From Acidimicrobiia bacterium (GTDB taxonomy: Bacteria > Actinomycetota > Acidimicrobiia > Spongiisociales > ZC4RG35), in the NCBI GenBank assembly GCA_035513195.1, contig DATKCM010000082.1, forward strand, positions 1 through 60,137: a stretch of 60,137 bases of DNA. Reading direction: 5' to 3'. The notes beneath the pieces are model-generated. The model did not search any database. It saw nothing but the letters and a program-made list of their open reading frames with translations, and was not told the DNA's origin. Shown here piece by piece: positions 45,468 to 53,169 of the stretch; the first letter of the stretch is position 1; each line of letters opens with the position of its first letter. The translations under genes and the position numbers were made by a program.

Positions 45468-46238
45468 ATGAAAGTCGACGGGTCGGTTGCATTGGTCACC
45501 GGGGGGGCGTCAGGTCTGGGACTGGGTGCGGCGCGTTCTTTCGTGAGTGCAGGAGCGCAGGTAGTCCTCGTCGACATAAACGAAAACAGGGGAGCCGAGG
45601 CCGTAGCGACCCTCGGCAATAATGCGCGCTTCGTCACGTGTGATGTCTCAGACGCCGCTGATGTGGCCGAAGCAGTGAAGACAGCGGCAGGGGCATTTGG
45701 CCGCTTGGACATTCTGGTCAATGCTGCCGGAATCGCGCCGGCGCAACGAGTGGTCGCCCGCGATGGAACTCTCCATGATCTCGAGGTCTTCCGGCAGACG
45801 ATCGGAATCAACCTGGTCGGCATGTTCGACGTGATCCGGAACGTTGCCGGCGTCATGGCAGGAAACGAGCCGTCGGAAGATGGCGAGCGGGGAGTGATCG
45901 TCAACGTCGCCTCGATCGCGGCTTATGACGGACAAATTGGCCAGGCCGCATATTCGGCATCCAAAGGAGGCATCGTCGGCATGACCTTGCCCCTGGCCAG
46001 GGATCTTGCCGGTCTCGGCATTCGGGTGATGACAATCGCTCCGGGCATCATGGACACCCCCCTGCTGGCCAGCGCACCTCAGGAGTTGAAGGATTCCCTG
46101 GCCAACCTGGCCGCTTTCCCGAAACGTCTCGGCACACCGGACGACTTCGCCAAACTGGTGGTGGCGATCGTCGAGAACACAATGCTCAACGGCGAAGTCA
46201 TCCGCCTCGACGCCGCCGCCAGAATGCCAGCCAAGTAA
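45468..46238 (+). CDS. short-chain dehydrogenase, 3-hydroxyacyl-CoA dehydrogenase type-2-like
   Basis: 256 aa. TGGASGLG, NAAGI, catalytic YSASKGGIVGMT, PGIMDTPL. Confidence 0.85.
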   Translation: MKVDGSVALVTGGASGLGLGAARSFVSAGAQVVLVDINENRGAEAVATLGNNARFVTCDVSDAADVAEAVKTAAGAFGRLDILVNAAGIAPAQRVVARDGTLHDLEVFRQTIGINLVGMFDVIRNVAGVMAGNEPSEDGERGVIVNVASIAAYDGQIGQAAYSASKGGIVGMTLPLARDLAGLGIRVMTIAPGIMDTPLLASAPQELKDSLANLAAFPKRLGTPDDFAKLVVAIVENTMLNGEVIRLDAAARMPAK

Positions 46239-46241
46239 TTG

Positions 46242-46262
46242 CAAGGGGGGCGACCCCCCTTG
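46242..46262 (+). terminator. hairpin CAAGGGGGG-CGA-CCCCCCTTG directly after the SDR stop
   Basis: Perfect 9-bp stem with a 3-nt loop, starting 4 nt after TAA 46236-46238. No U-tract, as is often the case in high-GC genomes. Confidence 0.55.
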
Positions 46263-46352
46263 TATCCCCCCGACAGGGTGGTTGGCGTCGGTGGTTTGGG
46301 CTGGGATACATGACTTGAGTGCGGGCGGGTTGGTGATTCGGACTGTGATATG

Positions 46353-46370
46353 GCAAGGGGGGCGACCCCC
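46353..46370 (+). repeat. second copy of GCAAGGGGGGCGACCCCC (first copy 46241-46258)
   Basis: 18-nt exact direct repeat 112 bp apart. It is followed by a second direct repeat, CATCTCTCC(G/C)ACCAGAGC, at 46370-46387 and 46406-46423 (17/18 identical). Confidence 0.7.
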
Positions 46371-46627
46371 ATCTCTCCGACCAGAGCCAGCGCCGGCGGC
46401 GTATTCATCTCTCCCACCAGAGCGATAGCGGTGGGGGGAGTACCGCCGGCCGGAGGCCGGTTCCCACCAACGGTGTTTGGGACGCGCCCGCTCTCAACTT
46501 GGAGAGTTTCAAGCCCCCTTACCTCCCGGCCCTTGGAGGGCCGGGCAGGGGGCCGACTTTTCCCCCCGTTCGGCTCCGCCTCCGGGGGAACAGAGGGGGT
46601 CCGTCGGTGTTCCCTCCCGCGACGTTT

Positions 46628-46633
46628 TAGTAT
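46628..46633 (+). promoter_or_regulatory. -10 hexamer TAGTAT placed for a leaderless fba transcript
   Basis: The TANNNT hexamer ends 6 nt before the fba GTG (46640). There is no Shine-Dalgarno in between. Confidence 0.4.
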
Positions 46634-46639
46634 CTGCCT

Positions 46640-47668
46640 GTGCCCATATCATCACCAGCTAAGTATCGCGAGATGCTCGACTCAGCCCGCGTCGGCGGTT
46701 GGGCCCTCCCCGCGATCAACGTCACGTCCTCGACGACAATGCTCGCCGCTTTCGAGGGATTCTCCGAGGCGGAGTCCGACGGCATTGTTCAGGTCTCTTA
46801 CGGAGGAGCCGAATTCGCTTCGGGCCAATCCAACAAGTCGATGAAGGTGGGTGCCGTCGCCCTCGCCGAGTTCGCCCATACTGTCGCCGACCAGTACCCG
46901 ATAAACATTGCCCTCCACACCGACCACTGCCCTCCTGACCGGGTAGACGGTTTCATCCGTCCGCTTCTCGAAGTGAGCCGGGACACCCTGGCCAATCGGG
47001 GCGGGCCCCTCTTCCAGAGTCACATGCTTGATGCGTCCGTGCTTCCGATGGAGGAGAACCTCGCGCTCGCTGCAGAGTTGCTGGAGGAGTGTGCATCCCT
47101 TGACATCGTTCTCGAACTCGAGATCGGCATCGTGGGCGGGGTTGAAGACGCCACCGACCACACTGACGTCGACCGGTCGAAGATGTACACATCTCCCGAA
47201 GACATGGTCCGTGTGTCCGAGGTTCTGGGCACGTTCGACAAAGGCATCTATCTGCTTGCGGCGGTCTTCGGAAACGTCCACGGCGCCTACAAGCCCGGTG
47301 CCGTGCAACTCGACCCGACGATCCTCCGTGACGGTCAACAGGCAGTCGAAGAGCGTTTCGGGGCCGATTCTCGCCACTACCTGGTGTTCCACGGCGGCAG
47401 CGGTTCGTCCGTCGACGAAATCCACGAAACACTCGGTTACGGCGTCGTCAAGATGAATGTCGACACCGATTGCCAGTACGCCTACACCCGCCCCATCGTC
47501 GACCACATGTTCACCAACTACAACGGCGTCTTGAAGGTCGACGGTGACGTCGGGGACAAGAAGACATATGATCCGCGCACCTACATGAGGAAGGCCGAGT
47601 CGGGTATGGCGGCGCGGGTCGTCGAAGCCTGCGTCCAACTGAGGTCGGACGGAAGAACCATCGGCTGA
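46640..47668 (+). CDS. fba: class II fructose-bisphosphate aldolase
   Basis: 342 aa. MPISSPAKYREMLD...GWALPAINV, LHTDHC, FHGGSGS motifs of actinobacterial class II Fba. GTG start. Confidence 0.95.
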   Translation: MPISSPAKYREMLDSARVGGWALPAINVTSSTTMLAAFEGFSEAESDGIVQVSYGGAEFASGQSNKSMKVGAVALAEFAHTVADQYPINIALHTDHCPPDRVDGFIRPLLEVSRDTLANRGGPLFQSHMLDASVLPMEENLALAAELLEECASLDIVLELEIGIVGGVEDATDHTDVDRSKMYTSPEDMVRVSEVLGTFDKGIYLLAAVFGNVHGAYKPGAVQLDPTILRDGQQAVEERFGADSRHYLVFHGGSGSSVDEIHETLGYGVVKMNVDTDCQYAYTRPIVDHMFTNYNGVLKVDGDVGDKKTYDPRTYMRKAESGMAARVVEACVQLRSDGRTIG

Positions 47669-47671
47669 CCC

Positions 47672-49033
47672 ATGGACCAACAACCGGGATACTTTCCATG
47701 GGCGACCTCGGATCGCATCATACCCAAGACATTCGTCAGACCTTTTATCCGATTTACCCAGATCGAGGCGTCATCGGGAATTGTCCTCCTCATTTCGGCG
47801 GTCATCGCAATCATCTGGGCGAACTCGGCCTACTCGGGCACCTACTTCTCGATGCTCGAGGAGCATCTGACCATAAGCATCGGCGGCTTCCACTTCGACG
47901 AGTCGGTGCTTCACGTAATCAACGACGGCTTCATGGCCATTTTCTTCTTCGTCGTCGGCCTCGAGATAAAGCGGGAGATGGTCCTCGGCGATCTTCGCGA
48001 CCGGAAGGCAGCGGCGCTACCGGTCATGGCCGCACTCGGCGGGATGATCATCCCGGCTCTGATCTACCTGGCATTCAATTTCGGCACTGGCGCCGGCCAC
48101 GGCTGGGGGATCCCGATGGCGACAGACATCGCCTTTGCGATCGGGGTTGTTGCCCTCCTCGGGAGCAGGGTCCCCCCTGGAGCCAAGCTGTTCCTCCTGG
48201 CACTGGCGATCGCCGACGACATCGGTGCGATCTCGGTGATCGCAATCTTTTACACGGCCGACCTGAACATCGGATATCTGGGGGCGGCGATCCTCGGCCT
48301 GGCACTCGTCTGGTTGGCCAACCGGGTGAACGTCCGTGCTCTCATCTTCTATATCCCCATGGCCCTCCTGATCTGGTATTTCACTCTGGAGTCGGGGGTC
48401 CATGCCACCCTGGCCGGCGTGGCGCTGGGGTTCCTCACACCTGCGAGGGCCTACTTCAACCCCCGCCAATTCGATACGAGAGCGAGGGCGATACTCGACC
48501 TATTCCCGGTCGAGCCGGAGTCGCCGGCCGCTCAGGAGCGGTCCGAGCACGAGGTGGTTGAGATGATCCAGACCTCTCAGGAGTCGATCTCACCGCTGAG
48601 CCGCATGGAGCACAACCTTGTCGGGTGGAGCTCTTATGTGATAGTCCCTCTGTTCGCTCTGGCCAATGCGGGAGTCGACTTTCGGGGCACTTCCATAACC
48701 GAAGCGGCGACGTCGGCAATTGCCCTCGGTGTGGCATTGGGTCTCGTGGCCGGGAAGATGGTTGGGATCAGCCTGTTCACCGTCGCCGCGGTCAAATTGG
48801 GAATGGGCAGGCTTCCCACCGGAACGACATGGGTCCACGTCGTCGGCTTGTCGGCTGTAGCCGGCATCGGATTCACGGTCTCGTTGTTCGTGGCCGGTCT
48901 TGCCTTCACCTCTCCCGAGCAGGCGGATTTGGCCAAGGTGGGGATATTCGTAGGCTCGCTCGTCGCCGGCGTCATCGGCTCGCTCGTCCTTCTCACCACC
49001 AGAAAACCCGGAGATCTGGTCTCTCGAGAGTGA
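47672..49033 (+). CDS. nhaA: Na+/H+ antiporter NhaA
   Basis: 453 aa. FFFVVGLEIKRE, GWGIPMATDIAFA, LALAIADDIGAI motifs. Starts 3 nt after the fba stop. Confidence 0.95.
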   Translation: MDQQPGYFPWATSDRIIPKTFVRPFIRFTQIEASSGIVLLISAVIAIIWANSAYSGTYFSMLEEHLTISIGGFHFDESVLHVINDGFMAIFFFVVGLEIKREMVLGDLRDRKAAALPVMAALGGMIIPALIYLAFNFGTGAGHGWGIPMATDIAFAIGVVALLGSRVPPGAKLFLLALAIADDIGAISVIAIFYTADLNIGYLGAAILGLALVWLANRVNVRALIFYIPMALLIWYFTLESGVHATLAGVALGFLTPARAYFNPRQFDTRARAILDLFPVEPESPAAQERSEHEVVEMIQTSQESISPLSRMEHNLVGWSSYVIVPLFALANAGVDFRGTSITEAATSAIALGVALGLVAGKMVGISLFTVAAVKLGMGRLPTGTTWVHVVGLSAVAGIGFTVSLFVAGLAFTSPEQADLAKVGIFVGSLVAGVIGSLVLLTTRKPGDLVSRE

Positions 49034-49224
49034 GAAACTCGCCACAGCAGTACGACTGCATCGAGTGCGGGGGCACCGCCCACCTCATCGGCTACCTTCC
49101 AGAAGACGGCGAAGTCGAGCCGGGTTCTGCCCTGGCGTACCGGTGCTCAGACTGCAACGATCGATTCGATGTGGTGTGGGAGGCGGAGGACGGGAGCGAT
49201 CTCACGCCCAGCGATGGACATTGA
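49030..49224 (+). CDS. small zinc-ribbon protein (CxxC...CxxC)
   Basis: 64 aa from GTG 49030, which overlaps the nhaA stop (GTGA). Sequence RNSPQQYDCIECGGTAHLIGYLPEDGEVEPGSALAYRCSDCNDRFDVVWEAED. It is hidden in the track inside the longer off-frame ORF 48625..49224. Confidence 0.5.
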   Translation: MRNSPQQYDCIECGGTAHLIGYLPEDGEVEPGSALAYRCSDCNDRFDVVWEAEDGSDLTPSDGH

Positions 49225-50071
49225 TCGATTCCGGGTCGACACCGAAACGGGCGCAGAATTCGAGGAACCGTTCTTCCGGAACACCCTTCCATTCCAGGTC
49301 CTCCAGGGTCTCACTGATCGGCGCGTCGAGGCGGAGGGTCGTCAGCTCCCTGAACAGGAGGGCGTCGTCCATCCCGGCAGCAAGAGTTGCCGCCAGTTTC
49401 TCCGCTCCGCGCACCGTGATCCCCCAATCGGCCGGTGACGGTGGGATCAGTTCGAGACGGGGAAACCTGCCAAGGACAGATGAGGCGGACTTGGCACCCC
49501 ACCCGGGCAGTCCGGGTACGCCATCGGCGGTGTCGCCAACCAGGGCCAGGTAATCGGGTATCGACTCGGGATGGATCCCGAACTTCTCCACCACCCCGGC
49601 CTCGTCGACCACCCTCGACTCGCGTCGGTTATAGGTGACGATCTTGTCCCCGATCACCGCCTGGCAGAGGTCTTTGTCCGGTGAGCAGATGACGACCTGG
49701 TCGACGTCGTCTACCCAGCGCACTGCCGCTGCCGCCAGCGTGTCGTCAGCTTCGAACTCGATGTTGCGCCAGACCACCACTCCGATGGCCTCGAGTGCGT
49801 CCTCTGCCCACGGGAACTGGCGCAGGAGTATCTCGTCCATGCCAATCGAGCTCTTGTAGGCCGGAAACATCACGTTCCTGAAGGATTCGATCACTGTGTC
49901 GAAGCTGGCCGCCAGGTGTGTGACCCCGGGTTCCCGCAACAACTGCAGGGTGGAGTCGACAATGCCGATCGTTGCCCTGATGTCTTCGCCATCTTTCGAG
50001 ACAATTGTGTCCTTGCGGCCGAAGTGGGCACGGAACAACTCATAGGTAGCATCTAACAGGTGGAGATTCAC
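49202..50071 (-). CDS. 5'-3' exonuclease / flap endonuclease (Pol I N-terminal domain-like)
   Basis: 289 aa. NLHLLDATYELFRAHF, ASFDT, SPDKDLCQ, IPDYLALVGDTADGVPGLPGWGAKSA (H3TH). GTG start with TAGGAT at -13..-8. Confidence 0.85.
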   Translation of the reverse strand: MNLHLLDATYELFRAHFGRKDTIVSKDGEDIRATIGIVDSTLQLLREPGVTHLAASFDTVIESFRNVMFPAYKSSIGMDEILLRQFPWAEDALEAIGVVVWRNIEFEADDTLAAAAVRWVDDVDQVVICSPDKDLCQAVIGDKIVTYNRRESRVVDEAGVVEKFGIHPESIPDYLALVGDTADGVPGLPGWGAKSASSVLGRFPRLELIPPSPADWGITVRGAEKLAATLAAGMDDALLFRELTTLRLDAPISETLEDLEWKGVPEERFLEFCARFGVDPESINVHRWA

Positions 50072-50407
50072 GACACCGATCCTACGACAGATTCACCGGC
50101 GGATCCCTGGGACGAAGTGACCGACCGGTTCGGCGAGCTTGGAGACCAGCTCAAGTCGACGTATCGAAAGGTTGCCGACGAGCACGGCCCCACCGAGGAG
50201 GAGATCAGAGGCGCATTCACCACCCTGGCAGGAGCCTGGGACCAGGTCGCCGACTCGGTCACAGACATCCTCCGCGACCCCGGGACACGCGCGGGCTTGA
50301 AGAGGGCGGCCAGTTCGCTCGCCAATGCCCTCGGATCCACCTTCACCCAGCTCAGCTCGGAGTTTACGCCGGGCCGAAGCCAGCAGCAGTCGTCGGAAGA
50401 GGAATAA
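50060..50407 (+). CDS. hypothetical small acidic protein
   Basis: 115 aa. Codon third positions are G/C-rich in this frame, and the antisense ORF 50068..50418 is Ser-rich and shadow-like. The start is uncertain: GTG 50060 overlaps the divergent exonuclease start. Confidence 0.45.
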   Translation: MEIHDTDPTTDSPADPWDEVTDRFGELGDQLKSTYRKVADEHGPTEEEIRGAFTTLAGAWDQVADSVTDILRDPGTRAGLKRAASSLANALGSTFTQLSSEFTPGRSQQQSSEEE

Positions 50408-51367
50408 CTACTCGACATCTGCGTTCTCGATCAGGCCATTGAGGAGAGCCGAGCCGGTCGGTGCGTCGTCGACTGTGATGACGAATTGGTGCCCGTCAGA
50501 AAACGTGAGCGCCAGTGCCTCGCCTGCCCTCAGGATCAGGGCAGTCTTATCGGGGTGTGCCTTCCATCCCCGACCGCCAAACCCCGCGGGATCGACATCG
50601 ATGGTTACCGCCGACGATATTTCCCTCAGCGGGAACCTGCGCACAGGGATACCCCCGAGGCGCACCCGCACGCCGTCGTTGGTTACGTGTGCTTCCACTT
50701 GGGAGAACACCACCCCCACGCCCGCGGTCAAGACGAATACCCACAAAGGCAATTCGGGCAGGGCAAAAAGGAGAAGGACTGCAACGGTGAATGTCATCAG
50801 CGCCACGCCTTTGACCCGTGCCCGCCCGACCCAGCTCACCCGCTCTCCCGGCTCGACATCGATGACGTCGTCGAGCCCGATCCGACGTGGGATCGTCTTG
50901 ATTGGATACCACTGCCGCCCCAGGATGATTCCCCCGACAAGACCGAGCGCCGGCAATCCAAACAGAACGAAGATCGCGACGAGGCCAATCTCGTCGGCCT
51001 GTGCCCAATCAGCGAGCCCGTGGTTTGCCGACGTCGTCACACCGACGACGGCGGTTGCCAGACCACCACTCATCCCGATCAAAGCGAAGGCCTCCATCGA
51101 CGGTTCCCTGCCAACCGAGAACACCGGGGTAAGGGCGAATCCGAGCAACAGGAGAGCGACTGCCGACACCGGGACCATCCAGAGAGGTGCCGAGCCATCG
51201 GCCACGCCGGCGGAATTCCAGTGGATCGCCACCGGGTCGGGCAACGCAGCAAACGCCACAAGAAAGATCGTCAAGCATGCGACCAGCCATGAAACTCCCC
51301 AAGCTACGAGGCGGATGTTGTCCTTGATCACTGCGGTCCGGGATCCATCCGGTGAAAATAGTCGCAT
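50408..51367 (-). CDS. membrane protein, DUF1648-like N-terminal region plus C-terminal PH-like domain
   Basis: Start trimmed to ATG 51367 (MRLFSPDGS...), since upstream codons would overlap the rhodanese gene. DPVAIHWNSAGVADGSAP resembles DUF1648. About 6 TM helices. Confidence 0.55.
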   Translation of the reverse strand: MRLFSPDGSRTAVIKDNIRLVAWGVSWLVACLTIFLVAFAALPDPVAIHWNSAGVADGSAPLWMVPVSAVALLLLGFALTPVFSVGREPSMEAFALIGMSGGLATAVVGVTTSANHGLADWAQADEIGLVAIFVLFGLPALGLVGGIILGRQWYPIKTIPRRIGLDDVIDVEPGERVSWVGRARVKGVALMTFTVAVLLLFALPELPLWVFVLTAGVGVVFSQVEAHVTNDGVRVRLGGIPVRRFPLREISSAVTIDVDPAGFGGRGWKAHPDKTALILRAGEALALTFSDGHQFVITVDDAPTGSALLNGLIENADVE

Positions 51368-51394
51368 GTAGCCGAGAACTGCTGAAATGAACCC

Positions 51395-52192
51395 GTGACT
51401 CAAACCCTGATAGACGTCGGCACCCTGTCGACCAACCTCGACCGGATCCATCTCTTCGACATCAGGTGGAAGCTCAACGATCCCGACTATGGGCATCAGG
51501 CTTATCTCGGAGCTCACATCCCGGGCGCCATCTTCGTGGACCTCGATCGCGATCTCAGCGCCCCTCCCGATCGGGGACGCCATCCTCTCCCTTCTCCCGC
51601 GACATTTGCCGGAACACTGGGCAGACTGGGCGTCCGGCCAGGGGACGCCGTAGTGGTCTACGACGATGTCTCCGGGACGATCGCGGCACGGATGTGGTGG
51701 ATGCTCCAGGCGATCGGCCACAGCGAAGTCCAGCTCCTCGACGGTGGGTTCGGCGCCTGGCTCGAGGCTGGCCTCCCGGGTTCTACCCACGTGGAGGCCC
51801 CCGAACCTGTCACGTATCCGACTCCGGAGGCTTTCACAGGTGTGGTCGAAATGGACGATCTCGAGGATCGGACGTTGCTCGACGTCCGCGCCAGGGAGCG
51901 CTACGAGGGAACAATCGAGCCGGTGGATCCCCTACCCGGGCATATCCCGGGTGCAATAAATGTCCCGGCGTCAGAAGCCCTGGAAGGCGGGACCTTCAAA
52001 GAGCCATCACGACTGGCGGCCCTCTACGGGCAGTTCGATCAGCCGGTGGTCTCATGCGGCTCGGGGGTGGTGGCATGCCATACCGCTCTCGCAGTCGCCG
52101 CGTCCGGCAGACCGGTCCCCGACCTCTATGTGGGGTCCTATTCCGAGTGGTCGCGATCGGGAATGCCAGTCAGCACCGGGGCGACACCTTGA
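51395..52192 (+). CDS. sseA: 3-mercaptopyruvate/thiosulfate sulfurtransferase (tandem rhodanese)
   Basis: 265 aa, two rhodanese domains. Active-site loop SCGSGVVACH is the CG[ST]GV type typical of 3-MST. GHIPGA motifs appear in both domains. Confidence 0.8.
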   Translation: MTQTLIDVGTLSTNLDRIHLFDIRWKLNDPDYGHQAYLGAHIPGAIFVDLDRDLSAPPDRGRHPLPSPATFAGTLGRLGVRPGDAVVVYDDVSGTIAARMWWMLQAIGHSEVQLLDGGFGAWLEAGLPGSTHVEAPEPVTYPTPEAFTGVVEMDDLEDRTLLDVRARERYEGTIEPVDPLPGHIPGAINVPASEALEGGTFKEPSRLAALYGQFDQPVVSCGSGVVACHTALAVAASGRPVPDLYVGSYSEWSRSGMPVSTGATP

Positions 52193-53169
52193 CAGACAGT
52201 CGCACAATCAAGGCGATCGAGGCCTCAGACACCGACGAGCTGATCCGGATCGTCGACGGCCTTTGCAAGGCGCGGGATTGGGACGCTCTCGTACAGCTAC
52301 GGGGCCGGTGCCAGGAGGCGGTCACCCGTGGCAAGCAGCTTTGGGGGGTGGACGAACACATCCGTTACCGGCTGGCCCTCGAGGCACCCGCGCAGTGGGC
52401 TGCAGCTGTTGTGGCGGAGGGAAGGACAAGGTTCACACCGGGGCCGCTGCCCGAGGTGGCTGCGAGCACCAAGACCTGGGCTGAGATGGCGGCCCATCTG
52501 CCGCCCGGGCCGGAGAGAATGACGTTCGCCGCTGAGAGAATCGTGAGGGGCGACACCCCGGACGAGCAGGGACCGCTACCTGCGATCCAGGAATGGGAGC
52601 CCGAGTACCCGCTGGCCACATACAAGGCGAACAAGGTGGAGACCCCGCGCCCCAAGCTTCCCCCGCGGGTCTCCACCGAGCTTCCCGATGATGTGACAGT
52701 GATCGACGACCCGGAGTCGGAGGCCGCCCTCACCGATCTCGTCGAGCCCTGGATCGATCAATCAAACGGGCGATGTCAGACGGTCTCGGTCGAAGGCGGT
52801 GCGCTTGCAGCCATCGCTGCCCTGGGACTTCCGGCGGCAGGAATAGCCAGGCTCGATATGTCGGAAGCCATGGCACATATGGCATGGGCCGCGGCCTCGG
52901 GCGGAGCCCACGGGCAGCGGCGAGGCGCAGCGGCGGGCCGGTATATGGCATGGTGGGTGGTCGCCTCTGTCTCCGATCTCGATTGGCCGGCGGAGCCAGG
53001 CAATGTCGCAGAAGAGGCCGAGCACATCAACTGGTACTGGTTCGACGACGACAGCCCACCGGGGGGCTGGGAACTCAGGCTCGCGTTGGAAGACCCCGAG
53101 CTGAACCTGGGATGGGCGATCTCGGCGAACGACATCGCTGATCAGGAGACCGTTATCAGCACCGAGTGA
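52189..53169 (+). CDS. conserved hypothetical acidic protein, translationally coupled to the sulfurtransferase
   Basis: 326 aa from TTG 52189, which overlaps the sseA stop (TTGA). This is the 3' part of the 567-aa track ORF 51466..53169, whose 5' part is an off-frame of sseA. I recognised no motif. Confidence 0.5.
   Translation: MTDSRTIKAIEASDTDELIRIVDGLCKARDWDALVQLRGRCQEAVTRGKQLWGVDEHIRYRLALEAPAQWAAAVVAEGRTRFTPGPLPEVAASTKTWAEMAAHLPPGPERMTFAAERIVRGDTPDEQGPLPAIQEWEPEYPLATYKANKVETPRPKLPPRVSTELPDDVTVIDDPESEAALTDLVEPWIDQSNGRCQTVSVEGGALAAIAALGLPAAGIARLDMSEAMAHMAWAAASGGAHGQRRGAAAGRYMAWWVVASVSDLDWPAEPGNVAEEAEHINWYWFDDDSPPGGWELRLALEDPELNLGWAISANDIADQETVISTE

Noticed and set aside
46350-46844. A 164-aa ORF starting in the fba upstream region.
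   Set aside because: It runs into fba out of frame. Its translation is repetitive (ISPTRA twice) because it reads through DNA direct repeats. I treated the region as non-coding.
51466-52188. The 5' part of the 567-aa ORF 51466..53169.
   Set aside because: This part overlaps the rhodanese gene in a different frame and is Arg/Gly/Pro-rich. Only the portion from TTG 52189 onward, after the sseA stop, looks like real coding sequence.
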